This document shows positions 51,206-63,702 of a DNA stretch of 64,000 bases, piece by piece. Positions within the stretch are counted from its first letter, which is position 1; every line of letters starts with the position of its first letter. A model generated the notes under the pieces. It was given only the letters and a program-made list of their open reading frames with translations, was not told the origin of the DNA and made no database searches. The stretch is from Takakia lepidozioides. Taxonomy: Eukaryota > Plantae > Bryophyta. The position numbers were made by a program, and so were the translations under genes. Where the stretch lies: assembly GCA_030704615.1 (NCBI GenBank), contig CM060733.1, positions 11,470,001-11,534,000 of the forward strand. The letters run 5' to 3'.

Positions 51206-53750
51206 TCAAAGAGAATTTGGCGGAGCCCTACGTGAGGTGTCCCGCTGCAGAAGGGTGATTACTTCTCCGTAGCCTAGTATGGCTTGGTGAATGAATTGGT
51301 CTCTCTTACCGTCGCAGCACATAATTACAAGGTATATGTAATATTGATGCTTGCAGGGGACCCACTTCCCTCTCATGCCGAGAGCGCCCTCACGCATCGT
51401 TACAAAATCCGGACAAGTGCACCTAGGGAAATTCCCCACGGTACCCTTATATTCTTTGCCATGAAGAACTGAGCCAATAGACAGCACTGTGTCGTCCATA
51501 CCCCGGGGCAGGGACTTCGGTGATACGAGTCACCCGAACCTGCAAAATTCTAGCCGATTCCATCTTGCATTTGTGATCTGCACCCGATCTACATCTGTTT
51601 TTCCATCTCTTTTTGTTGGGTGGGAGTTGGCACCGGATGGAGGCATTGCCGGAGCATGTGGCACATCTGTGCCGATAGTGCATGAGGGCACCACCCGGGA
51701 CCGTGCAAGACAGAACCCTCCCTCCTCCAGCATACTTATCTCGGTTGATGACAGCGACGTCCCAAGTTTCACAGGCCAAATTGCGGGGGGAGGGGGCTTC
51801 ATTATCACCGAAGGACGAACTGTTCCCTTGACGCATCGTGCCATATTGTCTGGGCAGAACCTGAACTTGTGGTCCTTTGACTCCCCACTATGATAAGGTC
51901 GGAACAACCCTGTGAATGTTGGAGCTGGAGTCCCCCTGGAGCCTTTGCATATTTTTGATTTGCATATCTTGAAAGAGGGGGTCCGAATTGCCACAAGCCA
52001 CTCTAGATCCTGGTGGGGTGCGTTCTATATGCCACTCACTATCAATGCAATCAGATTCATGCACCATGGCCACCACCTCCTCCAATGGGATTCCTGCTAC
52101 TGTGCTTGCATGATCTGCACCTGCTCCACTGGAGGAGGACCCACCTGGGAAGGGGCGGGCACACGACTTAGTCTGCACTGGAGACACCCTTGGTACAGAG
52201 AAATTGACCCTGTCCGGCCGATGGGAATCTCCATCCGACCCTGGAGGAGTGTTCAATTTCCTTTTGCATGATCCAAATCTTTCGTCACCTTCCAAATGGG
52301 GGAGCCTAGATTGCAAGGGGGAGCCTGGATTGCAAAGGGGAGCCTTCAGTGCACCTGTTCAGAGCTCTGGCCATCTTTGATGGGTCTCCGGACCTACTCG
52401 CAACCCTTAGCATCAACAAAGTTGTATCAGGGCCCTTGCCTCCGCCCCGTCCCATCAGAAAATTGCGGTACCTGGTTTGTTGTGTAAGTGCCCGCACCAT
52501 GTCATCAGCAGTGGCCACATACAAGTCAGGTCCTGCTTTGGTAGACTGCTGCATCCAGGCGTTGTGAACAGTCTTCGCCAAATTACAGGATGGCATGTCG
52601 GCCAAGTCCTCCAAGGACATGTCCTTGCAGGAGGCATTGCATGGAAATGTGAGGAACGAAAGGAAATGGAAGAGGTTCTGCAAGTGACAATCCAACAACC
52701 CCAAATGAACAGGCATGATGCAAAGTGAAATTTGTGTTTCTGGGATTGAAGAGGCTTACCGTCGTCATGAAAGCTCCCCACTGTCTGTACCTGAAGTGCC
52801 AGAAAACCAACCAGTCCTCCAACTCCTTCAGGTGGATACCAGTAGCAGCACCAGAGGAGAACCACCAAGCCCGGATTGCTTGGTAAGCGCTCTCAGCTTC
52901 TCCCATTGAGGTGGCATTTTTGTACTTGAGGCAGAGCCTTCTGTGCTCCAACTGAAGGTCAGGGCGAATGCAGCGCTTTGTATGACGTGCCAGAGATTGA
53001 CTCCAATGGAACGGGCATGTGCGCTCCCTATTTTCGATTGGGACCTTAGGATCCCCCGAACCAAACACGCGCCGCACTGCATTGAAATTTGCCTGTGCAC
53101 TATCAGCCATGAAGCCCGCAAAATTTGTGTTCTGTATTACATTGCGTCTCATGACGGCCAGGAGCGAATTCCACATGAGCATCTGGGATTCAATGTCCTC
53201 CGACTGCATATCACAAATTGCTATGGAGAGCACATGTTGGTACGCTGGATCGTACACATGGCACGCCATGGTTGTCCAACCCTTCACTCGTTTACAGTGA
53301 TCAAACATTAACCAACATTTTGCCAAATCTCCTCCAAGTTGCATTCGACGGACAATGCTCACACCCCTGCCTTCGCCCACTGTGGACATCTTGAACAAAT
53401 ACACCTTGGACGAGCCTTGGCCAGGGAAGATACTGTTTTGAATGAATTCATAGCGACTCCTCCGTTTGAGGTCCATAATGTTGTCCATGAATCCAGCAGT
53501 GCCTGTGCCCATTCTGAGTGCATTCACCTGGTTTCGAATATTGGGAGAGCTCAACACGGAGAAATGGTCCATCACTGCCTCAAGCGAATCTGCATCCAGC
53601 ATTGGTTGTGTCACATCCCCTTCACCCAGTATGTGTTTTTCCAGGAATGCCTTGCTTGCTGTAAGCGCTATAGCAGAAGGTGTTGCACAAGGGGCATTGT
53701 GGAACTCCTGCTTCAGCAGATTTCTAGAGATGTCCACGCTATCCCTGCAA
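51206..53750 (-). mobile_element. Mutator-like transposase with C-terminal SWIM zinc finger, intron-containing, 5' truncated
   Basis: WLMFDHCKRV...FMADSAQANFNAV...CPFHWSQ resembles the MULE D...D...CxxH core. An in-frame GT-AG intron at 52759-52624 leads to SCNLAKTVHN (third acidic residue E appears as K). SWIM-like CTCPDF...PCKHQYYI at ~51420-51340. Confidence 0.75.
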
Positions 53751-53759
53751 CTTCAGGTG

Positions 53760-56061
53760 CTTCAGGTGCTCCTCCTTTGTTTTCGAGTACACCAAGATGT
53801 CGTCGATGTACACGATCACAAAGTCATCCAACCACTCCTAGAAAAGGCTGTTCATCAGCGTACTAAATGTCGCTGGTGCATTGGTGAGCCCAAAAGGCAT
53901 CACCAAGAACTCATATGAACCATACCTTGTCCTACACGCGGTCTTCTCCTCATCTCCTTCCGCCACCCGAATTTGGTGATAGCCGGAGCGCAAGTCGATC
54001 CGGCTGAAATACTTCGCTCCTGCCAACCGATCGAAGAGGTCGTCGATCCTTGGCAAAGGGTACCGGTTTTTGATAGTCACCTTATTCAGAGCCCTGTAAT
54101 CGACACACATCCGCAGCGTCCCATCCTTCTTGTCTGCGAATAGCACCGGGGCTCCGTAAGGTGACTTACTCGGCCGGATGTACCCCTTGACATTAGATCC
54201 TTGAGCTGAGTCTTCAGCTTGACCAACTCTCTGTGGCTCAACCGGTAGGGCGCCTTGGCAGGCGGTTCCGATCCCGGTATCACCTCAATCTTGTGGTCAA
54301 CTCCTCTTCGCGGTGGCAAGCCGCTTGGTAAATCCTCCGGCATCACATCCTGGTATTTCTCCAAAATCCCCTTGATCCAATCTGGGCTCGGCTCCCCATC
54401 GCCTTCTCCTTTCACTTCTTTAATGTAAAGCAAAAATTGGGGCTCGTGTGCCTCCTCCTTTGCTAACAGAAGGTTTATTCGCCCTCCCACGGATTTGGGC
54501 GTTTCCGAAACTCGTAAGACCTCGCCACCATTCCAACATGGCAGCGTGACTACCCTCTTGCGGCCATCTATGACCGCTCCGGATTTGCTCAAAAAGGTCA
54601 TCCCCAAAATGAGATCCACTCCATCGATCTCGCAGACGGTGAAGTTCTCACGTCCCTCCCAACTCCCCAGTTGAAGAGGAACATCGAACACCAACCTCGT
54701 CGCCAATTGCGGTTCTCCTTTGGCAGAACGTACCTCAATAGAGGCCCCTACGTCAGTTGTCGGGAGTCCCAGCTTTTGTGCCGTTGCCGGTGTTATGAAG
54801 GAGTGTGACGCTCCTGTGTCCATCAACAATGACACGTTAGTTCCGGATATTATCCCATCCACGAACAATAAGTGACTCCCTTTACGCAATGCGCCAGTTT
54901 CCTGATACAACTCACAAGAATATTTGCCTACCTTGCAAGTCCTGGCGACCACCGCTTCCACCAAGCGACTGATGGTATCTTCCGACAGCTCTGTGGTTGC
55001 CCGAGTCATGTTCAATTGTTGAGGTTTCGTGCACTTCTTGGCCATGTGCCCGGGCTCCCCGCAATTGAAACACACTCCATCAAAGGTCGCCTTCTATCCG
55101 CCATAAGCCGCTCCACCCGCCTTTCCTTTCGAAGTACCGGGTGCCGCCTTGACGTGTGAAGGCCCTCCCTTCGATTTCCACGTGCCATTGTCGCCGCGTG
55201 GCCTATCCCACTTCTTTTCCGGTCGGAAGGAGTCACCTTCCTGCCGGGTCTTCTTGTGGTTCAGCTCCATACGGCCTTGTCTCTCACCCCTAGGGACATC
55301 CGAGAAACATTCAGCCCTCTCAATTGCCTCGTTCAAAGTTTTGGGTGGCTTCTCCTCCAACTTCCGCCTGGCCCATGGGGCCAGTCCCGCCACAAAGTTG
55401 AAGACCATTTCTGGTTCTGCCATGTCCGCGACTTCGAGCAACAGCACATTGAAAGCCTGGACATACCCCCGAATGTCATCTGTTTGCTTCAAATTCCTCA
55501 TCTTGTCCCGGGCAAGCCAGGACGCGTTGAGGGGCACAAACTGTCTCTTCATCAATTTCTTGAACCCACTCCAGTTCAAGGTTTCCGTTGGTCACCAACG
55601 AGCTTGCACCATTCTCGGGGTCACTACTCCTCTTATATATACTTCTGTAGCTGTCCGCGAGGGTTTCACAACCAGCCATGCCATTTTATGGCGAACCACC
55701 ACGAAAACCCTCGACTCCCGGTGATGAGTCGCGGTGAGTCTTGGCCCACTCACCACGGCCCCTCTGGACCGTGATGAGTCCCAAGACTCCCCACGACTCC
55801 CACCACGAGGTCTCCGCCCCCATGGTGAGTCCTATGCCACCCCCACTAAGTCCCGCTAAGCTACCACCACCCCTTGTGGAGCCACCCCCACCGCAACCCG
55901 GTGTGCGGGGCTCCACCTAGTGAGCGCCTCCGCCCTCCTTGAGTGCCTTGGGCACTCAAGGGTGCTTCAGCCCCCCCATACCTATCGCTGCCGCTGCCCC
56001 ACCACAGGGGCAGCCCCTCATGTGTCCCGACCCCCTGCCCTCAAGGCAAAGGGCCGCGACA
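53760..56061 (-). mobile_element. Truncated Ty3/gypsy: partial 5' LTR (56061-55588), gag, knuckle, protease, RT N-half
   Basis: The LTR piece starts TGTCGCGG on the minus strand and matches the solo LTR at 61765-62234. gag LKQTDDIRGYVQAF; CFNCGEPGHMAKKC; MDTGASHSF; [32 protein letters not shown] near 53800. Confidence 0.92.
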
Positions 56062-59000
56062 CAGCATGCCCGAGAAATTTGATAGGACGAGATCAAGATT
56101 TTGCGGTTTTGTTCAACAAGTACGATTGTTCCTAAGACTACATCCACAACACGACTCTGACAAAGGTATTCAAGTGGGATTCGTGGGCATCCTTCTATCA
56201 GGCACTGGCCTATTTTGGTTTGCACCGCTATTAGAGAAAAATTCGCATTTACTATACAATTTTGAAGCGTTCCTATCCGAGTTCACTGCAATGTTTGGAG
56301 AGAATGATAGAGAGAGGTGCAAAGACAAAGATGCAAAATCTTCGACAAGGAGCACGTCCAGCTTCCGTTTATGCTACCGAATTTCGACAACTTGCGTGCG
56401 ACCTCGACTGAAATGAGAAGAGCCTCATTAGTCAGTTTCGATGTGGCCTAAAAGAGGATGTAAAAGATTTGTTGCTGACAATGCCAAACGTGAGTACACT
56501 GAGTGAATTCATCACCCAAATCATTGCATGCGATAATCGTTTATTCGAAAGACGTCAAGAGAAGCGATCTGGATGGTCGACGACGCACCATGCCGCCGCT
56601 ACTACAGCACCAAATACAACGATCCATCAGACATCCGGTAATGATCCTATGCAGATTGATGCTATCCGATTCAAGCCATTGACGCCACAAGAAAAACAAA
56701 GACGGCCGGCGCTCGAATGGATTTATGCCTTTATTGCGGAGAAGAATATCACATGGCATTAAACTGCCCCAACAAGAGAAGATTCAAAGTTCGGGGCACC
56801 ACTCAAGTGTTCGATACGAGGAGGTCAGAAAACGAAGATGTCCAGTCACAGTAGGGACTATGCGGCTGGACGCCCCAAATTCCTCATAAAAAAAAGGTCT
56901 CTTTCTACCTCCAGACCCTGTACCTTGTTTCACAGTTCCAGTTAAGATCAGGATGCAAAATCGAGATATCTCTGTAGAAGCACTTTTGGACTCGGGCGCT
57001 TCAGCGTGTTTTATTGACTAAGACTTTGCGAAGCAACACAATTTAACGCTCGTAAGAAAGAAATTCTCGGCCCCTGTTGAAGTCATCGATGGACGACCGT
57101 TAGCATCAGGAAATATTGACCATGAAACTTGATCCCTTGAAGTGAAGCTTAAAAATCAAGCATCACAAATTGTTTTCAATGTCATCCAGTCTCCAACGAA
57201 TCCTGTGATCCTTGGACTTCCCTGGTTTGTACTTCATAATCCTGACATCGACTGGCGATCACGAAAAATTTCGGCAAGACAAAAATGTAAAAGTACCAAA
57301 GGTATTCAACCCATGTTTCTTGGAGCTAGAGCTTTCATGAGAGCTACGAAGAAAGACGCGACATTTGCACTTTATGCGACTCCGATCAAAACCACAACAG
57401 ACCAAGGTACTTCGACATTACCCACTCAATATCAAGATTTCAAGGATGTTTTCGAGAAAAAAATGCAGACATGTTGCCAGAACATCGACCTTAAGATTGT
57501 GCAATTGAGTTGCAAGAATGAGCTCAATCACCATTCGGTCCGATCTACAATTTATCTCAGACGGAGCTGGCTGCTTTACGCGAATACATTGATGAAAATT
57601 TGTGAAAGAATTTCATTCGACATTCGAAATCACCCGCAGGAGCACCTATCTTATTTGTGAAGAAGAAGGACGGATCGTTTCGCATGTGTGTGGACTATCG
57701 TGGGCTCAACAAAGTCACTATAAAAAATTGTTATCCATTACCGCTGATTTTCGGACTCCTCGAACAACTGGGACGAGCAAATTTTTTCACAAAGATCGAC
57801 TTGAGAAGAGCTTACAACCTTGTACGAATAAAAGAAGGAGACGAATGGAAGACTGTTTTTCGCACAAGGTACGGACATTTTGAATATAGTGTTATGCCTT
57901 TCGGTTTTACAAATGCTCCAACAATTTTTCAACACATGATTAATGACATCTTTTGAGAATTTTTAGATGACTTTGTAGTCATCTATTTGGATGACATTTT
58001 GATATTTTCACAGAATGAAGAAGAACATGGTCGCCATGTACGCCTTGTCCTTGAGGGAAAAAAAACTATATGCCAAGTTGGAAAAATGTCATTTTCACCA
58101 ATCTGAAGTCGAATTTCTGGGCTACATTATTTCCGACAAAGGTGTCTTTATGGATCAGAAAAAAATACAAACCATCATCGAGTGGATTAAACCAACTTCA
58201 GTTCGAGATGTACAATGTTTTCTAGGATTTGCAAATTTCTATAGAATCTTCATCTAAGACTATTCCAAAATTGCTGCACCAATGACACGACTCACAAGGA
58301 AAGACAAATTTGTATGGGACGAGAAGGATGACCAAGCATTTGAAAGGCTGAAGCAGACATTTACAACGGCTCCAATACTGGTACATGCAGACCCATTTAA
58401 ACCATTCTTTTTGGAAGCAGATGCATCGGACTTTGCACTTGGCGCGGTACTCTCTCAATACGGTACAGATGGCCGACTTCACCCTGTTGGTTTTCGTTCT
58501 CGCAAATTTTTCGCTACGGAGATCAATTATGAAATCCATGACAAAGAACTTCTAGCGATTATCGATGCTTTTGAGGAGTGACGTCATCTATTGGAGGGAG
58601 CTCAACATCAGGTCACTGTCTATACCGATCACAAAAACCTCGAGTATTTTATGAGTGCTCGTGTTTTGAATCGACGTCAAGTAAGATGGAGTATATCACT
58701 AGCAAGGTTTGATTTTGTTATTGCGTACCGTCCCGGACATCTTCAAGGAAAACCAGATGCTCTTTCTCGACGATCGTATCTTGCGCCAAAGGAAGGGGAT
58801 GCAGCTTTTGACCAACAGATCTTGAAACCATCAAATCTCCAATTGAATATGTTATCCATGTCCACCTATGACGATGCAGAGATCATAAAGGAGATTCAGG
58901 AAGCATTGAAGAGCGACCAATTTGCTACGACACTACGAAATCAACTAAATCGACCTCGAGACAACCCACATATTACAAACGACTTCGAATTCAAAGATGA

Positions 59001-60476
59001 CTTACTTTATTTCAAGGGACTTCTCTATGTACCTCCAGGACCTACATGACTTTGAATTCTTCAAACATGTCATAATCTTCCGGCTGCAGGACATTCCGGC
59101 TTCAACAAAACAATGGAATTGGTATCCAGGGACTATTGGTGGCCGCAGATGTGGAAACTCGTGAAAGAATTTATAAAATCTTGCGACACGTGTGTTAGAG
59201 CGAAGAGACCCCGACATCGACCTTACGGCCTTCTTCAACCATTACCCATTCCCAAGGGTCAATGGTCGTCCGTGTCTATGGACTTTATTACAGACCTTCC
59301 AATCTCCAAGACCACCGATTCAATCCTTGTTATTGTAGATTGTTTTACAAAGATGAAACATTTCATTCCATGTAATAAGACGGTTACCGGCGAGGAAACT
59401 GCAAGACTCTTCCTCAATAATATCTACCGCATTCATGGACTCCCGAAGGACATCGTATCTGATCGAGGACCACAGTTCATATCAAATTTCTGAAGGGGAT
59501 TATTTCACATATTGGATATTAAGATCAACCTTTCTATAGCTAATCATCCACAGACTGATGGTCAAACCGAACGTGTAAACCAGATTTTGGAACAGTATCT
59601 TCGCTGTACGATAAATTATCACCAAAGATAATTGGACGGACCTTCTTCATTGGCTGAGTTTGCCTACAACAACACTATACATTCTTCGACCAAGCAAACT
59701 TCATTTTTCTCCAATTATGGTCATCATCCTCGAGCAAACCCTTTCCATATGAAGACTGTTGGAAGCCCTGCTGCAGAAAACCTTGCTACTCATCTTGCTA
59801 CGATTCACAAAGAGCTTACATTCCACCTCGCAGAAGCTCAAAAACAATACAAGGAGTATGCAGATCAACGTCGCCAACTCCAACGCCAGTTCAAGGTCAG
59901 AGATTTGTGTGGCTTCTTCGACGGGACATACAAACCTCGCGACCATCAAGGAAGTTATCAACGCCTGAGACCATTCAAAAATTTTCGACAAATAAATCCG
60001 GTCAGTTTTCGGCTTGAACTCCCACGAAGTATGCGCATCCACCCAGTTTTTCATGTTTCATTATTAGAGTTGTATCATCCATCGAATATTCCAGGAAGAG
60101 TCTCCATACCACCTCCACCAATCGAAGTCAATCAGGAAATTGAGTATGAAGTCGACGAAGTCCTAGACTCTCGCATCAAGTATAAACATCTTGAGTATTT
60201 CATATATTGAAAAGGATACGACATCAGCGAACGAACGTGGGAACCTTCATCCAACCTCGCCAATGCATCTGACAAAGTCCAAGAGTTTCATCAACGATAT
60301 CCAGCTAAGCCCCGAGCTACACGTCAATAAGACGTCACAATGATGATGTCAGCCAAGTTAGCTTCAAGGTGAAGACTCCACATTCAATGTACCTGATACA
60401 CGCTAAGGAGGGAAGAGCACCACACATCAGTATATATAGCTACACTTCCAGCACTCTTGCATCTTGTATCGGCAGT

Positions 60477-60878
60477 ATGGAGTCACATGAACTAGATACA
60501 TTGGAGTTGTCGCTTATCCAGCTACCAGATCAGCCGTTCCAACTCTCACGACCTTCAACATCACGCCGACGATCTCGAGACGATGGGCCACCAATGCGAC
60601 GCGTACTTCCGCGTCTGGACCCTGTACGACGGCAAGTGGAGCCTACTCGAAGTCTGATAATTCTGTTGGAGGTTGAGGTTTCGGACGCAGAGGGCAACGA
60701 AATCATGTTTGAAGGCAGCTTCGAGAATCAAAATGCTCAAATCACTGCGTGGCCCCAAGTTCAAGGTGTTGGACACTATCGATGGTTGCAGGGACCTATA
60801 AATCATTTGAGTCAAGAACGAAGAGCCGAATACTTGACAAGTACCATTCGCCGGATTTTGGATTTTCTCCAACTCTAA
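60477..60878 (+). CDS. Uninterrupted 133-aa extra ORF between the chromodomain and PPT of the chromovirus; function unknown
   Basis: ATG 60477 to TAA 60878 with no stops; TATATATA at ~60431. No recognised domain. Confidence 0.45.
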   Translation: MESHELDTLELSLIQLPDQPFQLSRPSTSRRRSRDDGPPMRRVLPRLDPVRRQVEPTRSLIILLEVEVSDAEGNEIMFEGSFENQNAQITAWPQVQGVGHYRWLQGPINHLSQERRAEYLTSTIRRILDFLQL

Positions 60879-61509
60879 GCAAGTCCAAGATTTTACCGCT
60901 CCTCGAGGAACTCGGCGCTAGAGGAGGGGGTGATGTCACGGACATAGCCCAGAGGAACTTATCAGGAGTAAATACCAAAAATTACCAAGTTACCAAGTTA
61001 CCGGAAGTTACCATGGCTTACCGTGATTTACCATGATTTACCATGATCTACCATTACTTACCAAGTTACCGGGAGTTTACCAAATTACCAAGAGTAACTT
61101 GGGAAACTGCTCCGGAAGCTTCCTTTGGAGGAAACTTCTCCATCAAGATACCTCTTTTGTTTAAGGAAGCTTCTCCATCAAGAAACCTTTGTTTAATCTT
61201 GGAAACTTCTCCAACAAGAAACCTCCATAGGGGAAGCTTCTTGGGGAAGCTTCTTAGTAGCCAGTATATATAGGAGGCAAGACTGGACACTCTTCAGTCT
61301 CGCCAACACAAGTTCAAGCTACTCTTGTACATATTTTAATTAAAGACCTAATACACTCAGAATGCATTGAAGACAACCAGTGCTGTAATCTGGAGCAGTA
61401 AATCAAAGCTCTGAATTGTAGTGCGTCTGGTTGGTAGTATGTCCCTCCTCGGTTGTGAGTCAGTTTGCTTGCTACGAGCAACTACTATAAAAACATTTGG
61501 ATGTCTTTG

Positions 61510-62234
61510 TGTCGCGCACTTCAATTCGATAAGCTCCCCTTCAAGTCATAGTTACTCGCTTTGATGGGCGCGCCTGACTCCCAACCTGGCCGCCCGGGCC
61601 AACTTGGAGCTTCGGCTGCTCACCGAGACATAACGGTCCCCATTCGCTTCCCTCTAAACCCTCCACCTATTTGGGACTAGGAGAATTCCTTTTGGTAGAT
61701 GGCAGTCCGGAACAGCTCCCCACTCTTTGGTCGCTTTCCGGTTCGCTCGCTTACTCACTAGTTTTTGGTCACCAACGGGCTTGCACCGTTCTCGGGGTTA
61801 CTACTCCCTATATATACTTCTGTAGCTGTCCGCGGGGGTTTCATAACCAGCCATGCCATTTTATGGCGAACCACCACGAAAACCCTCGACTCCCGGTGAT
61901 GAGTCGCGGTGAGTCTTGGCCCACTCACCACGGCCCCTATGGACCGTGCTGAGTCCCAAGACTCCCCACGACTCCCACCACGAGGTCTCCGCCCCATGGT
62001 GAGTCCTATGCCACCCCCACTAAGTCCCGCTAAGCTACCACCACCCCTTGTGGAGCCACCCCCACCGCAACCCGGTGTGCGGGGCTCCACCTAGTGATCG
62101 CCTCCGCCTCCTTGAGTGCCTTGGGCACTCAAGGGTGCTTCAGCCCCCCATACCTATCGCTGCCGCTGCCCCCACCACAGGGGCAGCCCCTCATGTGTCC
62201 CGACCCCCTGCCCTCAAGGCAAAGGGCCGCGACA
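61510..62234 (-). mobile_element. Solo LTR (725 bp) of the 53760-56061 family, inserted in the chromovirus 3' LTR
   Basis: Termini TGTCGCG...CGCGACA; 5-bp TSD CTTTG at 61505-61509 and 62235-62239; 61765-62234 is near-identical to 55588-56061. Confidence 0.92.
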
Positions 62235-62790
62235 CTTTGCCTCTAATGTATACCTGTTCTGAAGACATTGTCCATGGCTGAGTCTGGTTCAATTGCATTT
62301 TAAGCAAGGAGAGCTTTGCCCACTCGCGGAGCCTCTCAACCATCTGCACACTCATTATCAATACAGGCAGTCAGCCATCAGATGGACTAGTATGATTCAA
62401 ATAAACTGTGACGATCAAGAGGAGACAACCGGAATCACAAACTCATGAATTCATTGATTTCGAAGTCTAACAAGTAAATGGGTAGGTTGCAATCAGCAAC
62501 CCCTCTTTTATGTTTTCTTTCATATACATGAACACCACTCTTACTCTTTAGTCTAATACCACGGTAGAAGTTTCATTAGTGCGTTTCGTTCCACCTGAAT
62601 ATCACACGTGTTTGACAACAGCCAGACAGAATCTATTGCACCGGGGTACTGATGGTTTTTAGAGAATTAAGTCAGTTCCATAGAGAGATTCCCACCCGGC
62701 TGGGATAGATTAATCCAGAAACCCATGGTTGCAAGCAAAGCATTACACATCGTCGTGGGATATTTTTCCTCTCTTGAGGTGAGAACAGAG

Positions 62791-63700
62791 ATGCACCCAC
62801 ATTTTGCATACATGTCAACCTTGGTATTGTTCAGAATGACATTTGGTACAACTCCAGCTCTGAAGATGTCGCCATGGGCATCTTTCCCCTTTTTCATCTA
62901 GCTGCCAGGGTAGTGTTCAAAATGACATTTGGTACAATTCCAACTTTGATGATATCCAGGGCTCGATGCACCCACATTTTGCATACATGTCCACCAAGGT
63001 ATTGTTCATAATGACATTTGGTACAATTCCAGCTCTGAAGATGTTGCCATGGACCTCTTTCCCCTTTTCCAGAGCTGCCAGGCAGTGTTCAGAATGACAT
63101 TTGGTACAATTCCAACTTTGATGATACCCCCATGCACCTCTTTGCCCTTGTCCACGGCTCGATGCACCCATATTTTACATACATGTCCACCAAGGTATTG
63201 TCCAGAATGACATTTGGTACAATTCCAGCTCTGAAGATGTCGCCATGGACCTCTTTCCCTTTTACTAGAGCTGCCAGGGCAGTGTTCAAAATGACAATTG
63301 GTACAATTCCAGCTTTGATGATATCCCCATGCACCTCTTTGCCCTTGTCCAGGGCTCGATGCACCCACATTTTGCATACTGTCCACCAAGGTATTGTTCA
63401 TAATGACATTTGGTACAATTCCAGCTCTGAAGATGTCACCATAGACCTCTTTCCCCCTTTCCAGAGCTGCCAAGGCAGTGTTCAGAATGACATTTGGTAC
63501 AATTCCAACTTTGATGATATCCCCATGCACCTCTTTGCCCTTGTCCAGGTCTCGATGCACCCACATTTTGCATACATGTCCACCAGGGTATTGTCCAGAA
63601 TGACATTTGGTACAATTCCAGCTCTGAAGATGTCGCCATGGACCTCTTTCCCTTTTACTAGAGCTGCCAGGGCAGTGTTCAGAATGACAATTGGTACAAT
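62791..63700 (-). repeat. PPR-derived tandem array, ~196-197-bp unit, ~4.5 copies
   Basis: atgcaccca recurs at 62966, 63162, 63359 and 63555, plus a shortened unit from 62791. The unit encodes ALEKGKEVHGDIFRAGIVPNVILDNTLVDMYAKCGCIE + ALDKGKEVHGDIIKVGIVPNVILNTALA, with a frame change each unit. Confidence 0.9.
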
Positions 63701-63702
63701 TT

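Larger units (their letters stand above)
56062..62413 (+). mobile_element. Chromovirus (Tcn1-like Ty3/gypsy): gag, protease, RT, RNase H, integrase, chromodomain, extra ORF, PPT and 3' LTR; 5' end lost
   Basis: gag MPEKFD...DPMQID; LLDSGASACF; YLDD; EADASDFALGAVL; SMDFITDLP, VSDRGPQF; chromodomain EYEVDEVLDSR...Y*KGY...TWEP..NL at ~60140-60300. PPT agaggaggggg at 60920-60930. LTR from TGTCACGG (60934) to approximately ctgtgacg (~62413). Many premature stops. Confidence 0.92.

Noticed and set aside
55588-62234. A single intact LTR element bounded by the two ~475-bp direct repeats
   Set aside because: The right repeat is part of a solo LTR with its own TSD, and the enclosed pol belongs to a different element with its own PPT and LTR.
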